Positions 1 through 10,029 of a DNA stretch of 55,432 nucleotides are shown here, in pieces. The notes below the pieces were generated by a model. That model saw only the letters and a program-made list of their open reading frames with translations. It made no database searches and had not been told where the DNA came from. Both the position numbers and the translations under genes were made by a program. Position 1 is the first letter of the stretch. Each line of letters opens with the position of its first letter. The stretch comes from Flavobacteriales bacterium (GTDB taxonomy: Bacteria > Bacteroidota > Bacteroidia > Flavobacteriales_D > Sanyastnellaceae): assembly GCA_027488435.1 (NCBI GenBank), contig JAIYBR010000058.1, positions 1 through 55,432 on the forward strand, read 5' to 3'.

Positions 1-348
1 TTCTGGTTCAATTTTTGCCTCGGCAAGCATGTTATCCAATTGAGCTGTAACAGTGCCTCCTCCAATATTTCCTTTGCTTCCTTTTTTGTTTTGCTCCTTC
101 ATTGAGTGCTTTGCCTCTTCTGGCATTGCCAATTCAGGGTATACCAATGACCAATCAGGCTCCTCGTGCAAAGGTTCAAATGCAGAGAAGAAGAAGATTA
201 CTGCTTCGGTGCTGAGACCTACAACCAACAGCAACGAGGCGAAGGGCCAGTGCTGGATCTTAAACATCGCACCAATGATTACTACTGCAGCTCCAATACC
301 GTAGAGCTTTGCCATAAACTTTTTCCACGCTTTACTTCCAGGTTTCAT
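1..348 (-). CDS. gldL: Gliding motility / T9SS protein GldL (PorL), N-terminal 116 codons; gene runs off the window start
   Basis: It is absent from the ORF track because it is truncated by the window edge. The reverse-strand ATG is at 346-348 and the frame stays open to position 1. My translation is MKPGSKAWKKFMAKLYGIGAAVVIIGAMFKIQHWPFASLLLVVGLSTEAVIFFFSAFEPLHEEPDWSLVYPEL... It shows the conserved GldL N-terminus: two TM helices plus the FKIxHW, SAFEP and DWSLVYPEL motifs. It lies 48 nt downstream of gldK on the same strand. Confidence 0.85.
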   Translation of the reverse strand, partial: MKPGSKAWKKFMAKLYGIGAAVVIIGAMFKIQHWPFASLLLVVGLSTEAVIFFFSAFEPLHEEPDWSLVYPELAMPEEAKHSMKEQNKKGSKGNIGGGTVTAQLDNMLAEAKIEPE

Positions 349-396
349 AATTTTCTAACGCTTGTAAGGGTTAATAAAAAGGTTGGTTTTAATTGA

Positions 397-1779
397 TTAT
401 TCCTCGTTAAAGTCTTCAGGAGCGACATTCTTTCCTCGTCCCAGGTAACTCATCGCACAACGGAATCCGATGTATGATTTTGCTGTATCCTGGTACTCGT
501 ATGAACGTGTACCATTCTGAATAAAATACCCGATGTCTTTCCAGGAGCCACCGCGTATGACTTTACGTTTCATGCTTGGAGGATCGTCTTGTTGAGCACG
601 ATACTCATATTCCGAACTCATATCGTGTGTGAACTCATAAACAGACTCATCATAAGCCGTATTGGTCCACTCCGCTACATTACCTGCCATACACCACAAT
701 CCATAATCGTTCGCAGAATAGGATTGAACGGGTACTGTATGGCAGCCATTATCTTCTACATAATCGCCTCTCATTGGCTTGAAGTTGGCCAATGGGCAAC
801 CGAGATTATTACGAATGTATGGACCTCCCCATGGATAAGGCGACAATTCTAGTCCACCTCGAGAAGCGTATTCCCATTCTGCTTCGGAAGGTAATCGGAA
901 GCGTTGCACAAATGCCTCTCCTGCCGAGAATTTAAATTCATTGAGAATTTGGGTCCTCCAAGCACAAAATGCTTGACTCTGACCCCATGTTACGCCAACA
1001 ACCGGGTAATCATCGTATGCGGGGTGCCAAAAATAATTTTCCGTTAAAGGTTCATTGAAACCATATGTAAAGTCGGCAACCCAACAAAGTGTATCCGGAT
1101 AAATATTTGTTTGTTCCTCAATAATGAACTGGGCACGATCGCTGTGACCTCTTACAGAATGCAATTGATTAAGCGAATTCACTTCGCCGTATTCTTCGTC
1201 CTTACCTGCCTTAACTGACGCACTCTTGTAATCAATCCACCAATACCGGTATTTCATTTTACGATTGTCTACTTCCAAACGGTCGTAAAACTTATCGGCT
1301 CCTTGCAAATAGAACTCGTTGAAAATGTTCTCAAAAACATCTTCATTCTCCATGTCTATTGGCTCTTCCCAATTCAACACATATCCTTTATTAACGAATA
1401 CTTCCCAGTCACGACCATCATCGCGGTCAGGTTGCTTATAACCTTCCACGTCTGCGTTTGCTAGAAAGTCACGCATGAGAGAATCGCGCACGTATTCTAC
1501 AAATTGACGGTACTCGTTGTTGGAGATTTCAGTTTGGTCCATATAGAACGCAGGCATTGTAATCGTTTTCGCTTTGTTGTTCAAAGCGTACGGCACATCC
1601 TGGTCACTTGGGCCCATCGTAAAGGACCCGAAATGAATGTAATTCATTCCATACGGGTTGATCTGCTCCCACTCTTCAGCACGAATAGCGCCAATGAGCT
1701 CACCGTTTGCGCCTACTCTGCAACCGGCGAAAACTGCTGCAACGATCAAAAATAAAAACGACTTTTTCATGATTTCCAA
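397..1779 (-). CDS. gldK: Gliding motility / T9SS lipoprotein GldK (PorK), FGE-sulfatase (SUMF1) fold
   Basis: The 460-aa ORF has a lipoprotein signal (FLFLIVAAVFAGC). It carries the GldK-type N-terminus GELIGA..W..INPYGMNYIHFGSFTMGPSDQD and the motif FYMDQTEISNNEYRQFVEYVRDS. A C-terminal FGE-like RGGSW motif is present, and gldL follows immediately. Confidence 0.9.
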   Translation of the reverse strand: MEIMKKSFLFLIVAAVFAGCRVGANGELIGAIRAEEWEQINPYGMNYIHFGSFTMGPSDQDVPYALNNKAKTITMPAFYMDQTEISNNEYRQFVEYVRDSLMRDFLANADVEGYKQPDRDDGRDWEVFVNKGYVLNWEEPIDMENEDVFENIFNEFYLQGADKFYDRLEVDNRKMKYRYWWIDYKSASVKAGKDEEYGEVNSLNQLHSVRGHSDRAQFIIEEQTNIYPDTLCWVADFTYGFNEPLTENYFWHPAYDDYPVVGVTWGQSQAFCAWRTQILNEFKFSAGEAFVQRFRLPSEAEWEYASRGGLELSPYPWGGPYIRNNLGCPLANFKPMRGDYVEDNGCHTVPVQSYSANDYGLWCMAGNVAEWTNTAYDESVYEFTHDMSSEYEYRAQQDDPPSMKRKVIRGGSWKDIGYFIQNGTRSYEYQDTAKSYIGFRCAMSYLGRGKNVAPEDFNEE

Positions 1780-1911
1780 TTTTAGTAAACAATCACTCTT
1801 ATAGTTTAAAGCAGGTTGGTTATTACTAAAAAAATTGTTGGTGGTAATTATCTTCTTCTATCGGGTGAAAATTGCAATACGCCAACTTAACCCAAATGGT
1901 TTCATTTTATT

Positions 1912-2862
1912 TTACAAGAAGCGTGGATTGCTATGACCAGCTCCGTTGTCAATAGGAGTAAACTTCACAGAATATGTAACAAAAATCTCATGTGACCCGG
2001 CTGAATAATCCTTCAGAACTGACGTGTTCAAGTCGTATGAATATCCTAGCTTGATGCCATGATTCATTGTGCGGACCTCTTGGTTGACCTGGTCAAAATC
2101 TTTCTGGAAACCAACGTATGGAGCAATAGCATCACCAAAACGATAAGCCAAACCTCCCCACACCATCTTTTTGAAAAGAACATCAGCATTGAGATCAATT
2201 TGACTTGAAGTTGCATCGGTCTTGAACATCACATTCGGTCTGATGGTAACATCTGCATTTACCGAGGCCTCGTATCCACCCATCACGTAATAGTGTCGTG
2301 CCATCTGAATACCTACATCCTCCAAATTAGGGCCAGCGAGGTGCGTAGCTGAGGCGCCTACAAAGTACTTTCCAGGCTTATACAAGTTGAAACCAATACC
2401 TACATCTGCTCCTCCTTCTGACCTTGAACTGGTCGGTATGGTAGGATCACCAGCATCAATGTAAACCCAATTGGCTCCAAGCTTTGCCTGATAAAGTCCG
2501 ATGGATAAACCAGCCGAGATAAACTTACCGTCACTCAATGCAAGGTGGTAAGAAGGGGAAAAGCGAATTACTGTATTCTGTTGCTGTCCAAGAACCTCTG
2601 AACACACTGTAGCTCCTAATCCAATATTTTGTTTTTCACCAAAAATTCCACTGTAGTTGAATAGATACGTCTTCGGATCTTTATCCAATCCATCCCATTG
2701 ATCGCGATGAATAGCGGTGATGGAATGCATTCTATCTATTCCAGACATTGCTGGATTAACAGACAGCCGATCGTATTGCCACATTGTTAGCTGAGGATCC
2801 TGCTGCGCAAACCCAACAAGGGAGCAGATTACAAGAAAAACAGAGATTAAAATTCTCTTCAT
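1912..2862 (-). CDS. porP: PorP/SprF-family type IX secretion outer-membrane protein
   Basis: The 316-aa ORF has a signal peptide ending in FAQQDPQLTMWQYDRLSVNPAMSG, the family-typical N-terminus. The rest is beta-barrel-like and the protein ends in an aromatic residue. It sits directly upstream of gldK, as in the Porphyromonas porP-porK-porL arrangement. Confidence 0.85.
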   Translation of the reverse strand: MKRILISVFLVICSLVGFAQQDPQLTMWQYDRLSVNPAMSGIDRMHSITAIHRDQWDGLDKDPKTYLFNYSGIFGEKQNIGLGATVCSEVLGQQQNTVIRFSPSYHLALSDGKFISAGLSIGLYQAKLGANWVYIDAGDPTIPTSSRSEGGADVGIGFNLYKPGKYFVGASATHLAGPNLEDVGIQMARHYYVMGGYEASVNADVTIRPNVMFKTDATSSQIDLNADVLFKKMVWGGLAYRFGDAIAPYVGFQKDFDQVNQEVRTMNHGIKLGYSYDLNTSVLKDYSAGSHEIFVTYSVKFTPIDNGAGHSNPRFL

Positions 2863-3013
2863 AAAAATCGAGTTATTGCTTGGTTTGGTTTCTTAAATTC
2901 GATTGCAAAAACGCTAATTTAGGATAATTTTCGATTTAGCCAAAAAAAACATGTCGGTCGAGGGCAAATCGGAAGGTCCAAAAGGAGTCGTGTGGCGTGA
3001 TTTCATTTCTAAA

Positions 3014-4180
3014 TTATACTAGCTTCTGATAGGTCTTCCACCATCTATCGGGCATTTCTTCTGAAGATGCCAGCTGAAACTCATCATAGGTGCAAGGAAC
3101 CATGTGGTGACGTTCGTATTTCTTTTCGGTTCCGGCCGGATATGGCACATCCATCCACCACCTTTCACTCAAATGACTCTTGTAAAATACTAACTCATGT
3201 CCATCGTGGGTAATAGGGACTATATACTTAAAGTAATCCGTGTAATCGCCAATGGGATAGTCTCCCTTTCGTTGTGAGACACCTTCCAAAAAACACCAAA
3301 TTAGTTGAGCAGCCAAATGGGCGGTGTGTCCGGCAAGGTCCATCAAAGGATCCACCTCATATAAACCGAATGACGTCAATTTATCGCTCATACCTGCATA
3401 TCGACAAAGCTGAGCTACTTCTTCTCCATAAAAGCCGTTTGGACCGGCATTGGTTGTGCCCGGACATTCTCCCATTCGAATAGAGCTCATATCGATTGAC
3501 ACTATGTCGGCATTTCGAATAGTGGGCTCACTTCGGGCAATAGAGCTTTGAATTTCACCCAGGCGATGAGCGTCGAAATACATGTTACCCATTAACTCCA
3601 GAAGATCGCCCTCCACCAGATAACGCTGATGCCCGATATTACTATAATTGAAAAGATAGTTGGGCTTGTGCAGCACCACTTTATTCAGATAATTCTTAGA
3701 ATGAATTTCGCCATCGCTCTTTCCAAAATCCAACCGATAGTCGATAGTCACCAAATTCACCGTTTGCTCCAGGTGCTCGTACGCTTGATATTTGGCAAAA
3801 GTCAAATCTTGCGTACCACCAATGATGAGCGGAATAATGCCTTTGCGCAACAAGACTTCGCATGTTTGGTTGAGCGCGTAATACGTGTCTTTTAACTCAT
3901 TGCCCGCGCGAATATTACCAAGATCAATGATGGACAGCTTTCCATCAAACCAATGCAAGCGGTATAAATACTGGCGAATGGCGTCTGGTGCATTCTCCGA
4001 TTGACAGTCTGTGTGAGAACCCCTGCTCTCACAAACACCAATAATTGCCACCTTCTTGCCCTCGAGTTCCTCCATATCCCCTTCAAAAAAATGAATATTC
4101 TTCTCCAAATGAGATGGCGCGAGGGGCGACAACGAACCTGCACGAAAATCGCTTCGTGTCAAGAAAACAGAAATATCCAT
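3014..4180 (-). CDS. Arginase/formimidoylglutamase-family (ureohydrolase) protein
   Basis: The ORF track gives 3014..4261. I prefer the internal ATG at 4178-4180 (MDISVFL...) because the longer form would abut the topA stop codon. Ureohydrolase-like metal-site motifs are visible (GGTQDLT, DYRLD, SIDMSSI). Confidence 0.75.
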   Translation of the reverse strand: MDISVFLTRSDFRAGSLSPLAPSHLEKNIHFFEGDMEELEGKKVAIIGVCESRGSHTDCQSENAPDAIRQYLYRLHWFDGKLSIIDLGNIRAGNELKDTYYALNQTCEVLLRKGIIPLIIGGTQDLTFAKYQAYEHLEQTVNLVTIDYRLDFGKSDGEIHSKNYLNKVVLHKPNYLFNYSNIGHQRYLVEGDLLELMGNMYFDAHRLGEIQSSIARSEPTIRNADIVSIDMSSIRMGECPGTTNAGPNGFYGEEVAQLCRYAGMSDKLTSFGLYEVDPLMDLAGHTAHLAAQLIWCFLEGVSQRKGDYPIGDYTDYFKYIVPITHDGHELVFYKSHLSERWWMDVPYPAGTEKKYERHHMVPCTYDEFQLASSEEMPDRWWKTYQKLV

Positions 4181-4261
4181 GGTGCGAAAATGCAGCACCC
4201 CTGCACATCCGATCAACCAACCTTCAGGTATTCTGAACGAACCTATGTTGAAACCGAGCAA

Positions 4262-6655
4262 TTACTTCCTTGCCGATTTTTTGGCGGACTTCTTAGCGGG
4301 GGCTTTTTTGCCGGCGGCCTTTTTTGTCGCTGCAGGTTTTCTTGCTGCAGCCTTCTTGCGCGCTGTCGGATTAGCCTCTTGCTCAGCAATGGCAGCGAGT
4401 ACCTCGGGCAAACTTATGGTCTTTGCATCACTACCCTTCGGTAATTTAAAATTATCCTTTTCTCGTTTGATGTATGGACCAAAACGCCCTTGAATGATTT
4501 GAATTTCAGGACGATCGTCGAACTTTTGAATCAAGGCAGCATTCACACCATTCACTTTATCTTCGATGAGTTTCACAGCTCGATCAATCTCAATAGTAAA
4601 TGGGTCGTCGCCCTCCTTCACTCGAAGAGATGCATACAAGCTACCCCACTTCACAAAAGGTCCGAAGCGACCGATTGCAGCAGTAACCGGCTGACCCTGA
4701 TACTCTCCCACCATTCGGGGCAAATCAAATAATTTCAATGCTTCCTCCAGTGTAATTGTTCCTATGCTTTGACCAGCGCGCAGTGATGCAAACTTCTTGT
4801 CTTCATCCTCACTTCCACCCAACTGCACCACAGGGCCAAAACGCGCAATTCGCGCTAAGACAGCCTTACCGGTTTTGGGATCAACACCTAATTCACGTTC
4901 GCCCGATTGGCGGGCAGCATTCTCTATCGTATGCGCCACGTTCTCGTGAAAAGGCTTGTAAAACTTAGTCATCATCTCCTGCCAAGGCAGTTTTCCTTCT
5001 GCTATTTCGTCGAACTCCTGTTCAACATTGGCTGTAAAAGCATAATCCAAAATAGTTGGGAACTGATCCACCAGAAAGTCATTCACAACCATTCCAATGT
5101 CGGTCGGGAATAACTTCGATTTCTCCGCACCGGTAAATTCGTTATTAGTGGAGGTAGAAATGCTTCCATTCTTTAGAACCAGTAACTCAAAACTGCGCGG
5201 CGTTCCTTCCTTGTCCTTCTTCTCGATATATTCTCGCTGCTGAATGGTTGAAATTGTTGGGGCGTAGGTCGATGGTCTTCCAATACCCAATTCTTCCAAA
5301 CGCTTCACCAGCGATGCTTCCGAATAGCGCGAAGGCTTCTGGGTATAACGCTGTGTCGCGGTAATATCCATCATGGATAGAATTTGTCCTACGCTCAAAG
5401 GAGGCAACATGCCACTACCGCCCTCCTCATTATCCTCTTCATCAGTTCCCTCTGCGTATACTTTCAAGAATCCATCAAATTTCACCACTTCTCCCTTGGC
5501 GAGCAATACATCATCCATGGTGCTGATACCAACAGTGGCTGTTGTTTTTTCGAGCTCGGCATCGGCCATTTGAGAAGCAAGCGTGCGCTTCCAGATAAGC
5601 TCATAGAGCCGTTGCTCGTCGCGTTCACCTTCAATTTGGTGAGCGCTCATTTCCGTGGGTCGGATGGCTTCGTGAGCTTCTTGTGCGCCCTTGTTTTTGT
5701 TTGTGTATTGGCGTGTTTTCGAATAACGTTCGCCATACGAGCGAGCGATTTCATTTTTGGCAGCATCGAGCGCGAAGTCGGAAAGATTCACGCTGTCCGT
5801 TCTCATGTAGGTGATTTTTCCGCTTTCATATAAACGCTGAGCGACAACCATAGTGCGTGAAACACTAAAACCCAGCTTGCGGCTGGCCTCTTGCTGCAAC
5901 GTTGACGTGGTAAATGGGGCTGCCGGGGTGCGTTTCGCCGGCTTTGTTTCCATCTGTGTTATGCTGAAAGTAGCGCCATTGGCCTTTTGCAAAAAGGCAT
6001 TAGCCTCGTCACCATCTTTCAACTTCCGACTCAAATCTGCTTTTAGGGTTGCCGAGCCCAGGTCGAAACTTCCTCGCACATTGTAGAATGAAGAGGCCGC
6101 AAATTTTTCAATTTCACGCTCTCGCTCGACAATGATGCGCACTGCAACGCTTTGCACACGCCCTGCACTTAAACCTGCTTTCACTTTTTTCCATAAGACA
6201 GGCGAGAGCTCAAATCCTACCAAGCGATCGAGTACACGACGCGCTTGTTGAGCATTTACTAAATCGATATCTATTGTCCGTGGCTTGGCTATCGCTTCCT
6301 GGATGGCCTTCTTCGTGATTTCATGAAAAACAATGCGCTTCGTGTTTTTTACATCCAAACCCAATGCTTCCGCCAGGTGCCATGAAATGGCTTCTCCTTC
6401 GCGGTCCTCATCCGTCGCCAACCATACATCATCTGCTTTCGCCGCCAATTTTTTAAGCTCGCGAATCACTTCCTCTTTGTCGGGCGACACGATATACACG
6501 GGATTAAACCCCTTCTCTACATCAATAGCAACGTCGTTTTTAGGCAAGTCGCGTACGTGACCATAGCTGCTCTTAACGGTGAAGTCTTTCCCTAGGTATC
6601 CTTCGATGGTCTTTGCCTTGGCAGGCGACTCAACTATAACGAGGTTTTTGCTCAT
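4262..6655 (-). CDS. topA: DNA topoisomerase I
   Basis: The 797-aa ORF opens with a TOPRIM N-terminus (LVIVESPAKAKTIEGYLG) and has the active-site region YMRTDS. It carries C-terminal GRFGP repeats and a Lys/Ala-rich tail. Confidence 0.97.
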   Translation of the reverse strand: MSKNLVIVESPAKAKTIEGYLGKDFTVKSSYGHVRDLPKNDVAIDVEKGFNPVYIVSPDKEEVIRELKKLAAKADDVWLATDEDREGEAISWHLAEALGLDVKNTKRIVFHEITKKAIQEAIAKPRTIDIDLVNAQQARRVLDRLVGFELSPVLWKKVKAGLSAGRVQSVAVRIIVEREREIEKFAASSFYNVRGSFDLGSATLKADLSRKLKDGDEANAFLQKANGATFSITQMETKPAKRTPAAPFTTSTLQQEASRKLGFSVSRTMVVAQRLYESGKITYMRTDSVNLSDFALDAAKNEIARSYGERYSKTRQYTNKNKGAQEAHEAIRPTEMSAHQIEGERDEQRLYELIWKRTLASQMADAELEKTTATVGISTMDDVLLAKGEVVKFDGFLKVYAEGTDEEDNEEGGSGMLPPLSVGQILSMMDITATQRYTQKPSRYSEASLVKRLEELGIGRPSTYAPTISTIQQREYIEKKDKEGTPRSFELLVLKNGSISTSTNNEFTGAEKSKLFPTDIGMVVNDFLVDQFPTILDYAFTANVEQEFDEIAEGKLPWQEMMTKFYKPFHENVAHTIENAARQSGERELGVDPKTGKAVLARIARFGPVVQLGGSEDEDKKFASLRAGQSIGTITLEEALKLFDLPRMVGEYQGQPVTAAIGRFGPFVKWGSLYASLRVKEGDDPFTIEIDRAVKLIEDKVNGVNAALIQKFDDRPEIQIIQGRFGPYIKREKDNFKLPKGSDAKTISLPEVLAAIAEQEANPTARKKAAARKPAATKKAAGKKAPAKKSAKKSARK

Positions 6656-6723
6656 ACTTCTGCTTGTTTTTTATGCCCCGTTTCCTTCATTCCTGATTTT
6701 ACTTTGGAGCGTTTTGAAAGCGG

Positions 6724-6757
6724 CAAATGTATGCGATGAAAAAACTGTCGAACCAAA
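6724..6757 (-). promoter_or_regulatory. Candidate Bacteroidota-type promoter for topA (-33 TTTG, -7 TACATTTG)
   Basis: On the reverse strand, TTTG lies at 6757-6754 and TACATTTG at 6731-6724, with a 22-nt spacer. The -7 box is about 69 nt upstream of the topA ATG. This is a motif match only. Confidence 0.3.
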
Positions 6758-6821
6758 TCGGTTTAAAATCGCTATCTTCGCGAACCTTTTAAAACACTGA
6801 TTTTCAAAACAGCCAGACACT

Positions 6822-8288
6822 GTGGAAGAAAAAACAATCGATGAAACCCGTCAGGGTGAATACCTCATGCTGGATGCGGAGGTCAATTCAAACAAGAAAC
6901 AGCGTAAACTTCTTCTTGAGAGTTATGGCTGCCAGATGAACTTCTCAGACAGCGAAATCGTTGCAAGCATTCTTGCGAAAGAGGGTTTCAGCACCACACG
7001 CGACCCGGAGGAGGCAGATGTCGTATTGCTGAACACCTGTGCGATCCGGGACAATGCTGAACAACGTATCAGAGGACGACTCGACTATTTGAGTTCGGTC
7101 AAAAAACGGAAGCCCGATATGCAAATTGGAGTTCTTGGATGCATGGCCGAGCGACTGCGCGAAAAACTGCTCGATGAGGAAAAACTCGTTGACATGGTTG
7201 TTGGGCCTGATGCCTACCGTGATCTTCCAAACCTCATCGACAAAGTAGATGAGGGGCAAAAAGCCGTAAACGTGCTGTTAAGTCGTGAAGAAACGTATGC
7301 CGAGATTACCCCGGTCCGATTGAACAGCAATGGAATAACGGCGTTCATCTCCATCATGCGCGGATGTGACAATATGTGCTCATTTTGCGTGGTACCATTT
7401 ACGCGAGGCCGTGAGCGCAGCCGCGACCCCCAAACGATTGTCAATGAAGCACGCGACCTGTTCAACCAAGGATATCGCGAGGTTACCTTATTGGGTCAAA
7501 ATGTAGATTCTTACAAGTGGAACATCAACAACAAAGGTGAAATTCTCGACAGCACCAAGCCGACCGTAAACTTTGCCCAGCTTCTGGAAATGGTTGCGCT
7601 GGTTAGTTCTGATTTGCGCATTCGATACTCGACATCACATCCCAAGGATATGACCGACGAAGTACTGCACATTATGGCCAAATACGAGAATATCTGCAAG
7701 TACATTCACCTGCCCGTGCAGAGCGGAAACAGCGATGTATTAAAACGCATGAATCGCGGCTACACACGCGAGTGGTATCTGGAGCGCATCGATGCCATAC
7801 GCCGCATTATGCCCAATTGCGCCATCAGTACCGACGTCATAACCGGCTTCTGCGGTGAAACCGAAGAAGAACACCAAGACACACTCTCGTTGATGGAAAA
7901 GGTTCGCTACGAAATGGCCTTCATGTTCAAGTATTCTGAACGACCAAAAACGTTGGCCGAAAGAAAATTCGAAGATGACATTCCCGATGAAGTGAAAGGT
8001 CGCCGATTGCAAGAAGTCATCGCACTGCAAATGCAGGGTGCCGCGCAGCGAACCAAACAGCATGTAGGTAAAGTTCAACGCATTCTTATTGAAGGGACCA
8101 GTAAAAAATCAGAAGAACATTTACAGGGCCGCAACTCGCAAAACATCGTGGTGGTTTTCCCGAAAACTATGGATTGTGCGCCGGGTGACTATGCCGACGT
8201 TTTGGCCAACGACTGCACATCCGTGACCCTCATTGGCGAACTGATAAATGTTTATCCGAGAAATATCGAACCAGTAAAATCTTTGTAA
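6822..8288 (+). CDS. miaB: tRNA (N6-isopentenyladenosine-37) methylthiotransferase MiaB
   Basis: The 488-aa ORF has the UPF0004 domain motif (ESYGCQMN), the radical-SAM CxxxCxxC motif ([11 protein letters not shown]) and a TRAM C-terminus. The start is a GTG at 6822, with an alternative ATG at 6867. Confidence 0.95.
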   Translation: MEEKTIDETRQGEYLMLDAEVNSNKKQRKLLLESYGCQMNFSDSEIVASILAKEGFSTTRDPEEADVVLLNTCAIRDNAEQRIRGRLDYLSSVKKRKPDMQIGVLGCMAERLREKLLDEEKLVDMVVGPDAYRDLPNLIDKVDEGQKAVNVLLSREETYAEITPVRLNSNGITAFISIMRGCDNMCSFCVVPFTRGRERSRDPQTIVNEARDLFNQGYREVTLLGQNVDSYKWNINNKGEILDSTKPTVNFAQLLEMVALVSSDLRIRYSTSHPKDMTDEVLHIMAKYENICKYIHLPVQSGNSDVLKRMNRGYTREWYLERIDAIRRIMPNCAISTDVITGFCGETEEEHQDTLSLMEKVRYEMAFMFKYSERPKTLAERKFEDDIPDEVKGRRLQEVIALQMQGAAQRTKQHVGKVQRILIEGTSKKSEEHLQGRNSQNIVVVFPKTMDCAPGDYADVLANDCTSVTLIGELINVYPRNIEPVKSL

Positions 8289-8294
8289 ACATCC

Positions 8295-9518
8295 ATGGAC
8301 GTCAGGGCTGTAAAACAACGATTCGAAATCATAGGTAACAGCGCCATGCTAAATAGGGCGCTCGATATTGCTGTGCAGGTAGCACCTACCAATATGTCGG
8401 TGCTCATCAACGGCGAAAGCGGAACCGGAAAGGAAAACATTCCAAAAATCATTCATGCATACAGCGCGCGAAAGCACGCTCCGTATATCGCAGTGAACTG
8501 CGGCGCTATTCCGGAAGGCACCATCGACAGTGAATTGTTCGGACATGAGAAAGGGTCGTTCACCGGAGCTACGGATGCTCGAAAGGGTTACTTCGAAGAA
8601 GCCAATGGCGGTACAATTTTCCTCGATGAAGTGGCCGAACTTCCGCTGCAAACACAAGTCCGATTACTGCGAGTTCTGGAAACCGGCGAATACATTCGTG
8701 TAGGCTCATCGAAAGTGCAGAAAACCAACGTGCGGGTTGTGGCAGCAACGAATGTTGATTTCAGTGAAGCCATTCGCAAGGGAAAATTCAGAGAGGATTT
8801 ATACTACCGACTGAATCAGGTACCTGTTTTTCTTCCGCCGCTTCGTGAGAGGAAAGAAGATATCGCTTTGCTATTCGCGAAGTTCACAACCGATTTTGCG
8901 GAACGATATAAAATGCCGGTGCTGGAGCTCGCGCCGGATGCAAAAGACATGCTTGTGAGCTATTCGTGGCCAGGAAATATTCGTCAACTGAAGAACATCA
9001 CAGAGCAGATTAATGTGCTCGAACAAGATCGTTTGATAACCGCCCAAACACTCGCATACTATTTGCCTCACGAAGACTTCGGCAACCGAAGTATGGTGGT
9101 AACAGGAGGCTCTTCTGCTCCGAATAATTTTTCAGAAAGAGAAATTTTATACAAGGTCCTTTTTGATATGAAAAATGACCTGAATGATCTGAAAAAACTC
9201 GTTGGCGGCATGATGCAATCGGGTGTTGATTTTGCACACGATGCAGGCAACGCAGAACTGATACAGCGGGTTTTCGCCAACGATCATTCTTCTGCTGTAA
9301 ACACGCATACCGCTCCATCGGCCGGAGTCATACGCCTGCCCCAAACGGCAGATCCGATAATTGAAGTAGAGGAAACCCTTTCACTTCAGAACTCAGAACG
9401 CGAACTAATCGAAAAGGCGTTGAAAAAACACCGAAACAAGCGTAAATATGCTGCGGAGGAGTTGGGCATTTCAGAACGCACTCTCTATCGAAAAATCAAA
9501 GAATATAATTTAACCTAA
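8295..9518 (+). CDS. Sigma-54-dependent transcriptional activator (AAA+ and Fis-type HTH, no N-terminal sensory domain)
   Basis: The 407-aa ORF has Walker A (GESGTGKE), the sigma-54 contact loop in the form GSFTGA, Walker B (IFLDEV) and a C-terminal HTH (ELGISERTLYRKIKEY). The AAA+ core begins within about 15 residues of the start. Confidence 0.9.
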   Translation: MDVRAVKQRFEIIGNSAMLNRALDIAVQVAPTNMSVLINGESGTGKENIPKIIHAYSARKHAPYIAVNCGAIPEGTIDSELFGHEKGSFTGATDARKGYFEEANGGTIFLDEVAELPLQTQVRLLRVLETGEYIRVGSSKVQKTNVRVVAATNVDFSEAIRKGKFREDLYYRLNQVPVFLPPLRERKEDIALLFAKFTTDFAERYKMPVLELAPDAKDMLVSYSWPGNIRQLKNITEQINVLEQDRLITAQTLAYYLPHEDFGNRSMVVTGGSSAPNNFSEREILYKVLFDMKNDLNDLKKLVGGMMQSGVDFAHDAGNAELIQRVFANDHSSAVNTHTAPSAGVIRLPQTADPIIEVEETLSLQNSERELIEKALKKHRNKRKYAAEELGISERTLYRKIKEYNLT

Positions 9519-9521
9519 GCC

Positions 9522-10025
9522 ATGAAAGGTTTTCTTGTCATAGCCATTTGTTTCGTCACAGCGCTTTCGGGTTGTGGAATTTACTCGTTCACAGGAGGAC
9601 AATTCAGTGGAGCAAAGACATTTTCAGTGGACTATTTCAAACCTCAGACGGCGATGGCTACTCCGCTCTACGCTCAGCGATTTACTGAATCGTTGAAAGA
9701 TTTGTTGCTGGCTCAAAGCCCATTGAAACTGGCAGAACGAAAAGGAGAATTAACATTTTCCGGAACCATAGTCGATTACCGCACCGCTCCGGTGGCCGTT
9801 CAATCGGGTGCAGCAGAGACCGCCTCACTCAACCGACTTACCATTACCGTGAAGGTGAGCTATGTGAACTCTCTTGAACCGGATTTGAGTTTTGAAAAAA
9901 CGTTTTCGAAGTTTGCTGACTTCGACGCTAATCAGGATTTGTTTTCGATTGAGGAAAGTTTATGGTCGCTGATCAATGAGCAATTAACTCAGGAAATTTA
10001 TAATGCCAGCGTAGGCAACTGGTAA
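9522..10025 (+). CDS. lptE: LptE-like LPS-assembly lipoprotein
   Basis: The 167-aa ORF has a lipobox (ALSGCGIYSFTGG). Its size and its position between the sigma-54 activator and secG are typical of Bacteroidota LptE-family genes. Confidence 0.7.
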   Translation: MKGFLVIAICFVTALSGCGIYSFTGGQFSGAKTFSVDYFKPQTAMATPLYAQRFTESLKDLLLAQSPLKLAERKGELTFSGTIVDYRTAPVAVQSGAAETASLNRLTITVKVSYVNSLEPDLSFEKTFSKFADFDANQDLFSIEESLWSLINEQLTQEIYNASVGNW

Positions 10026-10029
10026 AGAA

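Noticed and set aside
53-396. Plus-strand ORFs 53..304 and 166..396 from the ORF track
   Set aside because: They lie antisense to a much better reverse-strand reading frame with clear GldL N-terminal motifs that continues the gldK operon. Their translations are low-complexity with no recognisable features.
4001-4493. Plus-strand ORFs with repetitive FLADFLADFLAG and AAGFLAAAFL peptides
   Set aside because: They are the antisense image of the Lys/Ala-rich tail of TopA and of the start of the ureohydrolase-family gene. The repetitiveness is a codon-complement artefact, not a gene or a DNA tandem repeat.
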